From Chloroflexota bacterium (GTDB lineage Bacteria > Chloroflexota > UBA5177 > JANWHV01), in NCBI GenBank assembly GCA_035534995.1, contig DATLQX010000150.1, positions 9,459 through 73,458 on the forward strand: a DNA stretch of 64,000 bases. The letters run 5' to 3'. Both the position numbers and the translations under genes were made by a program. Shown here one piece after another: positions 9,650 through 17,613 of this stretch. The notes beneath the pieces were generated by a model. It was given only the letters and a program-made list of their open reading frames with translations. It was not told the DNA's origin and ran no database searches. Every line of letters starts with the position of its first letter. The stretch's first letter is position 1.

Positions 9650-10198
9650 CTAGCCGAGGATGTTCATACTTTGCAGCATGGTAGTCGCGGCGGTCAACTC
9701 CGCCGGGTGGGTGGGGCCGCCCTTCGGCGTGCCGGCAACCACGGCGGTCATCAGGTAGAGCTTGTGGCCATGGCGGGCAGTCAACACCATGAGGCTCAAT
9801 TCCTCCCCGGTCGACGCTTTTTCAAAGGCCTGTGACGCCTCGAAGGCAATGCCGTGAATCTTTATCGCCTTGTAGGTTGGCGTGGTGACCATTTTCCCGC
9901 CACCTTTTAGGCCACCGAGATCGATTGCCTGCAATGAGACCGAGGGATGCGAGTCCGCGATTGCCACTACCCCGACGTACGCCTCGCCATCCGATGACTG
10001 CACGCTAAAGTCCGTGCCATCCTTATGGCTGTGGTCCGCCGTCCAGGCCAAGGGGTAGCTGATCGTATACCGCGAGGCTTTATTATGATACTGAGACCAT
10101 CCCGAGGCGGCATGGCTCGCCTGCGTGGCCACGAGCATGCACGGCGCGGCGAGCGCGCATCCAGCCAGAATACGCAGTCGGCGGCGTACGGACATCAT
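9650..10198 (-). CDS. Secreted hypothetical protein (N-terminal signal peptide)
   Basis: AAGGAAGG lies 8 nt upstream of ATG 10198. MMSVRRRLRILAGCALAAPCMLVATQASHA/AS looks like a Sec signal peptide with an AxA cleavage site. The mature part is beta-rich with no motif I recognise. Confidence 0.6.
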   Translation of the reverse strand: MMSVRRRLRILAGCALAAPCMLVATQASHAASGWSQYHNKASRYTISYPLAWTADHSHKDGTDFSVQSSDGEAYVGVVAIADSHPSVSLQAIDLGGLKGGGKMVTTPTYKAIKIHGIAFEASQAFEKASTGEELSLMVLTARHGHKLYLMTAVVAGTPKGGPTHPAELTAATTMLQSMNILG

Positions 10199-10310
10199 GG
10201 ATTTCACCTTCCTTGAACAGGGTCATTACACGGGGTACCCGCCTGGTTATATCCGATCAGGCGGGAACTCGCTACCACCCATTCGTGTGACCGTGTCCAG
10301 CGCGGGGCCC

Positions 10311-10568
10311 CTACTCGGAGGCGGTAAACTCATGCTCAAGTGCTGATCTTACCGCGTCTTTCGTCCCAAGCGGGATTCCAAGGACGAGGGTATCGGCGGA
10401 GGTGATGGCATCGCCGCGTTGGCTGAAGACGGTGAAGTGCCCATCTCGGTGAAGCTCCACCACCCGTTGGATGAACGGTAGCTCCGCAAGGTCATCCTGA
10501 ACCACATCCTCGAAGTCGCTTGATGCGAGAAATGCGTCCAGGGCGCCGCGAAAGTCGCTGTTAGGCAT
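10311..10568 (-). CDS. Small acidic hypothetical protein (85 aa)
   Basis: A strong GAGGAGGAAACC sequence lies immediately upstream of ATG 10568. Third codon positions are GC-rich. No family recognised. Confidence 0.5.
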   Translation of the reverse strand: MPNSDFRGALDAFLASSDFEDVVQDDLAELPFIQRVVELHRDGHFTVFSQRGDAITSADTLVLGIPLGTKDAVRSALEHEFTASE

Positions 10569-10802
10569 GGTTTCCTCCTCTTGCCTGGGCAATCCACCTG
10601 AGCACGCCTCGCTGTGTACAGTGAAGCTGACTGTGTTCTTTCCCAAGATACGTCATTGGCGAATCAGTCCGATCCGTCCGATCTTCACATAACCAACATT
10701 ATCGGAAGTTGAATCGTGGGCTGCCGTCAGCCCGCCAGGCATTTGGACGCGCTACCCGCACTCTCGGCCCGCGATTGAGGATGGCCTACCGTGGAGAATG
10801 TG

Positions 10803-11723
10803 TCAGGCCGCGGCGGTCGAAGCCTTTACCGGTGGGCGCTCGGTCCCCGAACCTTGGTAGGCCGGCGGGCCGTAGCGTAAACGCTGAAGCTGGTTGAGGA
10901 CGCGGTGCAAGGAGTGATGCCCACTGGCCCGCCAGGCCATGAGGAGCGCGCACAGCAAGGCAATCAGCACCACGACCTCAGCTCCCAGGGCATCACTGAG
11001 GAAGTGGTTGCCGGTCACGACCACGGTGGTCAGCATCACAAGCGGATAGATCAACCCAAGGACACGCATGATCCATGAACGAGAGGCCCAAAACAGGGTC
11101 ACGCCCACGATGGTGGCCCAGGCGACGTGCACGCTCGGCATGGCGGCGTATTCATTGAAACTGAACGAGACCCCCAAGCCTCCCTTGCCGAAAATAGGAT
11201 CCAGCATGTGGATCGGCCTGTATAAACGCGGCGGCGCCAAGGGGAAGGCCTCGTACAGGGCCACGGCCAGCAAGTTGGTAATGAGGAACACGTTCCGCAC
11301 GAAGGTAAACAGCCCCCGGCGATAAAAGAATACCCAAAGCGCGAAGAAGATTGTAAACAAGATATGGCCCTGGCCGTAGAGAGCATCGGCAACCGGGCGC
11401 ACTTGCTGCCAGCCTATTGCCTGCCCGAGGATCGTGTGGGTGTGGGTGAAAAAACTCTGGATGCCCGGCTCGATCCAGAAGCCATGGGCCATTTCAAAGC
11501 GCATGACCTCTCCGGCATGGACCACGCCGCTAGGTTCGTTGCCAAGAGGGTGCAGGGCATGGATGAAGTCGTCGCTCAGTTCCACCCCGGCAACGAGACC
11601 GACCTGGCCAATTAAATACAGCCAATCACGCCAGGTGGAGCGCCGTATGGGCTCCGGCAGGTGACATTCCGTACGATGACGGATGAGGCTGGAAACTCCA
11701 GCGGTCCGCTTCAAGGATACCAT
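10803..11723 (-). CDS. PAP2-superfamily membrane phosphatase / phosphotransferase-like protein
   Basis: Polytopic membrane protein. MPSVHVAW (PSxH) and TGNHFLSDALGA (Hx3D) correspond to PAP2 motifs C2 and C3. Confidence 0.7.
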   Translation of the reverse strand: MVSLKRTAGVSSLIRHRTECHLPEPIRRSTWRDWLYLIGQVGLVAGVELSDDFIHALHPLGNEPSGVVHAGEVMRFEMAHGFWIEPGIQSFFTHTHTILGQAIGWQQVRPVADALYGQGHILFTIFFALWVFFYRRGLFTFVRNVFLITNLLAVALYEAFPLAPPRLYRPIHMLDPIFGKGGLGVSFSFNEYAAMPSVHVAWATIVGVTLFWASRSWIMRVLGLIYPLVMLTTVVVTGNHFLSDALGAEVVVLIALLCALLMAWRASGHHSLHRVLNQLQRLRYGPPAYQGSGTERPPVKASTAAA

Positions 11724-11908
11724 TACTTACGCCCTTATCGCAGTATATGTACACCCTCGATGATGTTGAGCATAAATGCCATGCCGGCGGTGTTCGGGCG
11801 GCACCCCGCCCTCCCTGCCCCCGCCATGTTCGACCCTATCTACCGACAAGTATACTCCGCCCGCTGGCAATCCGAAAATCGCCGGACCTCGCGCCAGGGG
11901 CACGTTCG

Positions 11909-11967
11909 AGGATTCCTAATCCTGTATTGACCATACACCCAGATACCTTTATAATCAAGGTGTATGG
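11909..11967 (+). promoter_or_regulatory. Sigma-70-type promoter with embedded inverted repeats (candidate MarR operator)
   Basis: TTGACC (11927-11932), a 17-nt spacer, then TATAAT (11950-11955). A perfect 9-bp inverted repeat, CCATACACC (11931-11939) / GGTGTATGG (11959-11967), brackets the -10 element. A second palindrome, AGGATTcctAATCCT (11909-11923), abuts the -35. The site lies in the AT-rich divergent region between the PAP2 and MarR genes. Confidence 0.6.
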
Positions 11968-12001
11968 AGTAAGATTTGTTACGGTGACTGATAATTCCAG
12001 G

Positions 12002-12472
12002 ATGGCTGTTCTCACGGGGCAAACGCGCGGCGAACTGGTGGAGCGTTTCGTCTCCCTGCGCCCCAGGTTTAATCGTTGCCTGATCACCAAGGTGCTGCCA
12101 CCCGACCTGCAAGCCGAAGTACGGTCCATTACCATTCATCAACTTGAGGCCCTGGATCGGCTTTATCCCCATGGTCTGACCATGGGCGCCCTGGCCCGTG
12201 CCCTGGAGATCACCGATGGAAGCGCGGCCGTCCTGTCTGACCGGCTGGTCAAGCAAGGTCTGGCGATCCGCCGTCCCGATGTCCGGGATCGCCGCGTAGT
12301 GTGGCTTGAACCGAGTGAGCACGCCCTGGCCTTGGTCCAGCGTTTTCGCGCCGTGGAGCGAGAGACCCTGGAATTCAATCTGCGAGTTCTTGACGATCAG
12401 GAATTGAGCACCCTCATCGAATTGATCGAAAAAGTCGCGACCCGATTTCCGCGATCGGAGTGTTCTCGGTAA
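12002..12472 (+). CDS. MarR family transcriptional regulator
   Basis: About 156 aa with a winged-HTH region: ITIHQLEALDRLYPHGLTMGALARALEITDGSAAVLSDRLVKQGLAIRRPDVRDRRVVWLEPS. The start is uncertain: ATG 12002 or GTG 11984. Confidence 0.8.
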   Translation: MAVLTGQTRGELVERFVSLRPRFNRCLITKVLPPDLQAEVRSITIHQLEALDRLYPHGLTMGALARALEITDGSAAVLSDRLVKQGLAIRRPDVRDRRVVWLEPSEHALALVQRFRAVERETLEFNLRVLDDQELSTLIELIEKVATRFPRSECSR

Positions 12473-12541
12473 GAGGTTCCACGCCCGCGATCCGTCTACC
12501 CGAACTTCCACTAGGCGCCGTGTCCTGCTACCATTTCGCGG

Positions 12542-14080
12542 GTGCCATCACCTGTTCTCTCCCCCGCCTTTAGTGAGCGAGCCGTGCCGCGCGGCAACCG
12601 CTCACTGGTACTTTGGCTGAGCCTGTTTGTGTTCCTCCTGTACCTTCTGAGTGCTGGGAGTAACTTCGCCAGTGGTGACTCACTATCCGAACTGCGGGTA
12701 AGCCAAAGCCTGGTCAATCATGGAGGATTCGATGTACCCATCGTCGCTCCTCACACTACGTGCGCGGGTTGGGGTTGTCGGGGGCTGAACGGCCGCTACT
12801 TCGCCAGCCACGGGATCGGGTTCTCGCTCTTTCTCCTACCGTTCTATGGTCTGGCCCGGGCGGTGATGGACCTAGTTCCCTCCCCTCGCTGCGCGACCTG
12901 GGATTCCTGTCTACCCATTCATCTGATCAGTTGGAGCAATTGCCTGCTCGCCGCGTTGACCGTGACACTGTTATGTAGCCTCTGCCTGGACCTCGGCTAC
13001 CGCCGGCGACGGGCTGTATTTGTGGCCTTGCTTTATGGTTTCGGCACCCTCGCCTGGCCATATGCTCGCTTTGCCTTCGATGTGACGCCCACGGCGCTGC
13101 TGCTCCTGGCCTGCTTCCGCCAGGCGCTACTGGGCGCCGAGACGTTAAGTGGTACCCGGAGGTGGTGGTACGCGGGAATCCTCGCCGCCCTCGCGGTTCT
13201 GGTTCGTTTGCCTACCATACTGGCGCTGGTGCCGGTGGCCGTATGGGCGGTGCTGGCGCTCTCCGATCGTCCCGCCACTCGCCGGCGCCGCCTGGTGGCG
13301 TTTTCGCTGCCCGTCGCGGCCTCCCTGGCGTTTTCAGCCTGGTACAACCTGGTCCGATTTGGCGACATCCTCAACGACGGGCATGCCGCGAACGCCGCCG
13401 ACCACCTGCTGCTGCATCCCTGGGTGGGTGTTTTCGGCATGACTCTCAGTCCCGGAAAGGGCCTCCTATGGTATAGTCCCACTCTTCTCTTCGCGCTGGT
13501 CGCCCTACCGCGTTTCCATGCCCGGCATAGGGAGCCGGCCCGTGTGGCCCTCGCGATGGCGTTGCTCTCGCTTGTTCCCTATCTCTTCGTACCCGACTGG
13601 TATGGAGGCGATGCTTGGGGCCCACGCTTTGTGCTCCCAGTCCTGCCGCTCCTCATGCTGCCCGCCGTGGAGTGTCCACCCATCCTCCTGGCGACCTGGC
13701 GGCGGAGCGTGGCAGCTGCCCTGATCATCCTCTGGTCGCTCATCATGCAAGCCAGCGGCCAGTTGGTGAGTTATCCCTTGCGGCTGAGGGCGGCGGCGCG
13801 GGCGGGTATCTCGCCGACCCAACTGGCCTGGGATCCCCGTCACTCGCCAGTTCTGGACCAGCTTGGCACCCTGATCACCTATATCGTGCATCCCGGCTGG
13901 GCGGCCATGTCGACGGCGCGGGCTCAATCGTTTGATGTGTGGTGGCTTAACCTATGGCGTAACGACGGGCTACCCCGGATGCCGGTCCTCATGGCCGCCC
14001 TGGTGGTTCTGGCGCTTGCTCTCCCCACCGGAAGCCGCCTGGCTCGTGAGGTACGCCGGCCAGCCGACCATGGACCTTAA
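12542..14080 (+). CDS. Polytopic membrane glycosyltransferase, GT-C fold (ArnT/PMT/GT39-like)
   Basis: About 12 predicted TM segments. There is an acidic first extracytoplasmic loop (ASGDSLSE) and an ArnT-like hydrophobic architecture. The start is ambiguous (GTG 12542 or 12584). Confidence 0.6.
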   Translation: MPSPVLSPAFSERAVPRGNRSLVLWLSLFVFLLYLLSAGSNFASGDSLSELRVSQSLVNHGGFDVPIVAPHTTCAGWGCRGLNGRYFASHGIGFSLFLLPFYGLARAVMDLVPSPRCATWDSCLPIHLISWSNCLLAALTVTLLCSLCLDLGYRRRRAVFVALLYGFGTLAWPYARFAFDVTPTALLLLACFRQALLGAETLSGTRRWWYAGILAALAVLVRLPTILALVPVAVWAVLALSDRPATRRRRLVAFSLPVAASLAFSAWYNLVRFGDILNDGHAANAADHLLLHPWVGVFGMTLSPGKGLLWYSPTLLFALVALPRFHARHREPARVALAMALLSLVPYLFVPDWYGGDAWGPRFVLPVLPLLMLPAVECPPILLATWRRSVAAALIILWSLIMQASGQLVSYPLRLRAAARAGISPTQLAWDPRHSPVLDQLGTLITYIVHPGWAAMSTARAQSFDVWWLNLWRNDGLPRMPVLMAALVVLALALPTGSRLAREVRRPADHGP

Positions 14081-14318
14081 GTAGAGGCATTTTGCCGGCC
14101 TGATCCGCCGCGACAAGGGAACGGTGCACGAGCCGCTTGCCAAAGAGCCTTCTGGCACGGTATTCTTGCGAACGTCGTGTGGCTGCGTCCAGCGAATGCC
14201 GGCACCGTGCGTTTCACAGAGTTTGTGAACGGAATGAGGCCCGCATCGCCAAGCAAAAGCCCGCTTGACCAGGGCCGGCGCCCTGAACCAAATGCCAGGT
14301 TTACGTTATGACAAGTTT

Positions 14319-14364
14319 CTAGATACGCGAATGACCGGCGCTGGCCGGCCATTCGCGTATCTAG
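14319..14364. promoter_or_regulatory. 46-nt near-perfect palindrome / hairpin upstream of hppA
   Basis: CTAGATACGCGAATG (14319-14333) is the exact reverse complement of CATTCGCGTATCTAG (14350-14364). The inner segment adds 5 more base pairs (CCGGC/GCCGG) after one mismatch, around a GCTG loop. It lies about 50 nt upstream of the hppA ATG. No U-tract occurs on either strand. Confidence 0.45.
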
Positions 14365-14414
14365 GGCCAGCAGCCGGTCAATGCTGATCGGCGGTGGGGG
14401 AGGCAGACGGACAG

Positions 14415-16562
14415 ATGGATAGCTGGGGACCATGGTTCGCTCTCGTGTGCGCGCTTGCCGCCGTCGTGGCGGGCGCCCTGCTGGTCCAGTGGGTGCTCAA
14501 ACAGGACGAAGGCAATACGCGCATGATCGACATCGCGAAAGCGGTGCAAGAGGGCGCGGCCGCCTATCTTAACCGGCAGTATCGAACCATCGCCGCCGTC
14601 GCCGTGGTCGTCGCCGTGGCCTTGATTTTCAGCCGCAGCGGCAACACGTCCGAAGGGCTCAAGTACATGGTCTGTTTCCTGGTCGGCGCCATATTTTCGG
14701 CCGCCGCCGGCTACATTGGCATGAACGTCGCGGTACGGAGCAATCTACGAACGGCGCAGGCCGCCACCCACGGCCTGAACAGTGCTCTCCAGCTTGCCTT
14801 CCGTGGCGGTTCAGTGACTGGGCTTTTGGTGGTCGGGCTGGGACTGGCCGGCGTCACCAGCCTCTATAAGATCTATGGCGACCCGACGGTCCTGGTTGCC
14901 TTCGGCTTTGGCGGCAGCCTGATCAGTGTCTTTGCCCGCCTGGGCGGCGGCATCTATACCAAGGCCGCCGACGTGGGCGCCGATCTGGTGGGGAAGGTTG
15001 AGGTTGGGATCCCCGAGGACGATCCGCGGAACCCGGCGGTGATCGCGGATAACGTGGGCGATAACGTGGGCGATTGCGCCGGCATGGCCGCCGATCTGTT
15101 CGAAACCTATGCAATCACCTTGCTCGCCCCCATGGTCCTGGGGGCACTGCTGTTCGGAAAAACCTCCGCTCTCTACCTGGCCGCTTCTCCGACCGTGCAA
15201 AGCCAGCTCACCACTATTCACAATCAGCTGATTACCCTCCCCCTGGTCCTGGGCGGGATCTCGATTCTGGCCTCGATTATCGGTATCTTCTTCGTGAGGG
15301 TGCCCGCCGGCTCGAAGGCGATCATGAGCGCTATGTATCGAGGCACGATCGTGACCGCCGTGCTCGCGGCCCTCGCCTACATACCGGTCTTTTTCGGCCT
15401 GCTCCCCCACCTCGACCGCTTAAACGCGGCGGCGGCCCACGCGGGCTCATCGCTAAACTTGAGCAGTTGGGGCCTGTATGTGTGCGCCTTGGTGGGTCTG
15501 GCGATCACCGGCATTTTGGTGGTGGTCACCGATTACTACACCGCGTCCGGCTTCCGTCCGGTGAAAACCATTGCCCGCGCCTCCCTTACCGGCCATGCCA
15601 CCAATATCATCAGCGGCCTAGCGATGGGCCTGGAGGCCACGGCGATCCCGGTGACCGTGATCGCGGCCGGAATCTGGATTTCCTATGCCGTGGTGGGGAG
15701 CCTCTACGGGGTGGCCGTGGCCGCCACCGCCATGCTTTCGATGGCGGGGATCATCGTGGCCGTGGACTCCTATGGTCCCATCACCGACAATGCCGGGGGG
15801 ATCGCCGAGATGGCGGAGCTGCCCGAGGGCATTCGCACGATCACCGATGCCCTGGACTCGGTGGGCAACACCACCAAGGCGGTCACCAAGGGCTATGCCA
15901 TCGGCTCCGCCGCCCTCGCCGCGCTGGTGCTGTTCGCATCGTTCCAGCAAGAACTGCCTAAGGCCCTGGCGCCTAACGGTATACATGCCCTGGCTTTTCA
16001 ATTGACCAACTACAAGGTGATCGTGGGTTTGTTCATCGGCGGTATCCTGCCCAATATCTTCGCCTCGCTCAGCATGCAAGCAGTGGGCCGGGCGGGGGGT
16101 CAGGTGGTGTCCGAGGTGCGCCGGCAGTTCAAGGAAAAGCCGGGGATCATGGCCGGGACTGATCGTCCCGACTATGCCCGCTGCGTGGACATCGTGACCA
16201 GATCCGCTTTGCGAGAAATGGTTGCCCCTGCCCTGGTACCTGTCTTGACCCCAGTCGTGGTAGGCTTCGTCCTGGGCCCCGAGGCCCTGGGCGCCACCCT
16301 GGTCGGCAGCATCATCGTCGGGGTGTTCATGGCCATCGCCATGACGAGCGGCGGCGGCGCCTGGGACAACGCCAAGAAGTTTATCGAGGAAGGCAACTAC
16401 GGAGGCAAGGGGTCCGACGCCCATGCCGCTGGGGTGACGGGCGACACGGTTGGCGACCCCTATAAGGACACGGCGGGCCCGGCGATCAACCCAATGATCA
16501 AGGTGTTGAATATCGTGGCGGTGTTGATCGCTCCACTGCTGGCGAATTATCTGATCAAATAG
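14415..16562 (+). CDS. hppA: Membrane-bound proton-translocating pyrophosphatase (K+-independent type)
   Basis: [31 protein letters not shown] and [14 protein letters not shown] are present. The [10 protein letters not shown] motif carries Lys where K+-dependent enzymes carry Ala (GNTTAA). GGGGGAGG lies upstream of ATG 14415. Confidence 0.95.
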   Translation: MDSWGPWFALVCALAAVVAGALLVQWVLKQDEGNTRMIDIAKAVQEGAAAYLNRQYRTIAAVAVVVAVALIFSRSGNTSEGLKYMVCFLVGAIFSAAAGYIGMNVAVRSNLRTAQAATHGLNSALQLAFRGGSVTGLLVVGLGLAGVTSLYKIYGDPTVLVAFGFGGSLISVFARLGGGIYTKAADVGADLVGKVEVGIPEDDPRNPAVIADNVGDNVGDCAGMAADLFETYAITLLAPMVLGALLFGKTSALYLAASPTVQSQLTTIHNQLITLPLVLGGISILASIIGIFFVRVPAGSKAIMSAMYRGTIVTAVLAALAYIPVFFGLLPHLDRLNAAAAHAGSSLNLSSWGLYVCALVGLAITGILVVVTDYYTASGFRPVKTIARASLTGHATNIISGLAMGLEATAIPVTVIAAGIWISYAVVGSLYGVAVAATAMLSMAGIIVAVDSYGPITDNAGGIAEMAELPEGIRTITDALDSVGNTTKAVTKGYAIGSAALAALVLFASFQQELPKALAPNGIHALAFQLTNYKVIVGLFIGGILPNIFASLSMQAVGRAGGQVVSEVRRQFKEKPGIMAGTDRPDYARCVDIVTRSALREMVAPALVPVLTPVVVGFVLGPEALGATLVGSIIVGVFMAIAMTSGGGAWDNAKKFIEEGNYGGKGSDAHAAGVTGDTVGDPYKDTAGPAINPMIKVLNIVAVLIAPLLANYLIK

Positions 16563-16621
16563 AGGGACATTATGCTTCGTTGCCTTCGGGAGCCAGGCCG
16601 GCGCCCTCGACCGGGGCGTTC

Positions 16622-17599
16622 ATGAAGGCTTTGGTCACCGGCGGGGCTGGGTTTATCGGCTCGCACCTGGTGGATGCGCTGCTCGCGGAAGGTCATCAGG
16701 TGTGCGTTTTGGATGATTTTTCCACGGGAAAGCGCGCGAACCTGACCCCGCATTCGCAGTTGACCATCCTGGAAGGCTCGGTGACCGATCCGCGCCTCGT
16801 GGCGATGGCGATTGAGGACTGCCAGGCGGTCTACCACCTGGCGGCCGCGATAGGGGTGCGCTACGTGATGGACGACGCTCTCTCTGGGATCGCGGTCAAC
16901 GTCCGTGGGACCGAGGAGGTGCTGGCCGCGTCCGCGCGAGCCGGAGCCCGCGTGGTGATCGCCTCCTCCTCCGAGGTGTACGGCAAGGGGAGGAGCGGCG
17001 CGGATTGGCAACCATTCCGCGAGGATGGCGATAGCATCATCGGTCCAACCCATATCACCCGCTGGTGGTACGCACTGGCAAAGGGTTTGGACGAACATCT
17101 GGCCTTTGCCTATCATCGTCAGCGTGGGCTGCCGGTGTCCGCCGTCCGCTACTTCAACATTTACGGTCCCCGCTGCGATCCGGGAGGCTACGGGGTGCTG
17201 GCCCGCTTTATCAGCCAGGCGCTGAAAACGGAGCCCGTGACGGTGTTCGGCGATGGCGAGCAAACCCGAAGCTTCACCTACGTGGCCGATGCCGTGCGGG
17301 CCACGGTACTGGCCGGCACGCACCCGGCCGCCATTGGCGAGGCATTCAACGTGGGATCAGGGGCCGAGATGAGCATCAACGCGGCGGCGGCGGCGGTCCT
17401 CCGCTTGACCAACAGTCCGTCCGCGATACACTATCTGAAGCATGTGGATGTATTTGGCGGCAATTTCGAGGACACGCGCCGTCGAGTACCGGACATCGCG
17501 AAGGCCGCGCGCCTGTTGGGTTTCACCGCCCGCGTGGATATTGTCGAAGGGATTCGCCGCACCGTGGATTGGTGGAGAGCGGATGCCCGCCTAACCTAA
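16622..17599 (+). CDS. NAD-dependent nucleotide-sugar epimerase/dehydratase (extended SDR)
   Basis: MKALVTGGAGFIGSHLVDALL contains the GxxGxxG motif. SSSEVYG and YALAK (YxxxK) are present. Confidence 0.85.
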   Translation: MKALVTGGAGFIGSHLVDALLAEGHQVCVLDDFSTGKRANLTPHSQLTILEGSVTDPRLVAMAIEDCQAVYHLAAAIGVRYVMDDALSGIAVNVRGTEEVLAASARAGARVVIASSSEVYGKGRSGADWQPFREDGDSIIGPTHITRWWYALAKGLDEHLAFAYHRQRGLPVSAVRYFNIYGPRCDPGGYGVLARFISQALKTEPVTVFGDGEQTRSFTYVADAVRATVLAGTHPAAIGEAFNVGSGAEMSINAAAAAVLRLTNSPSAIHYLKHVDVFGGNFEDTRRRVPDIAKAARLLGFTARVDIVEGIRRTVDWWRADARLT

Positions 17600-17613
17600 G
17601 GGCGGAGAGCCTC

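Noticed and set aside
10150-10198. Lipobox-like LAGC in the signal peptide of the secreted protein
   Set aside because: The Cys follows only ~6 hydrophobic residues after the Arg-rich n-region. A longer h-region with an AHA/AS cleavage site fits a type I signal peptide better. This needs SignalP to decide.
14081-14414. Fluoride (crcB-motif) or other riboswitch upstream of the pyrophosphatase gene
   Set aside because: Pyrophosphatase genes can be fluoride-riboswitch regulated, but I see no match to the remembered crcB consensus (GGxGAUGG...CUGAUGAUxCCU), nor to TPP, SAM or preQ1 cores. Only the palindrome is reported. An Infernal scan would settle this.
17065-17613. 183-aa N-terminal extension of the O-antigen-ligase-like ORF suggested by the ORF track
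   Set aside because: It overlaps the well-supported SDR gene in another frame and has Arg/Gly-rich composition. A good RBS and ATG at 17614 begin the hydrophobic domain.
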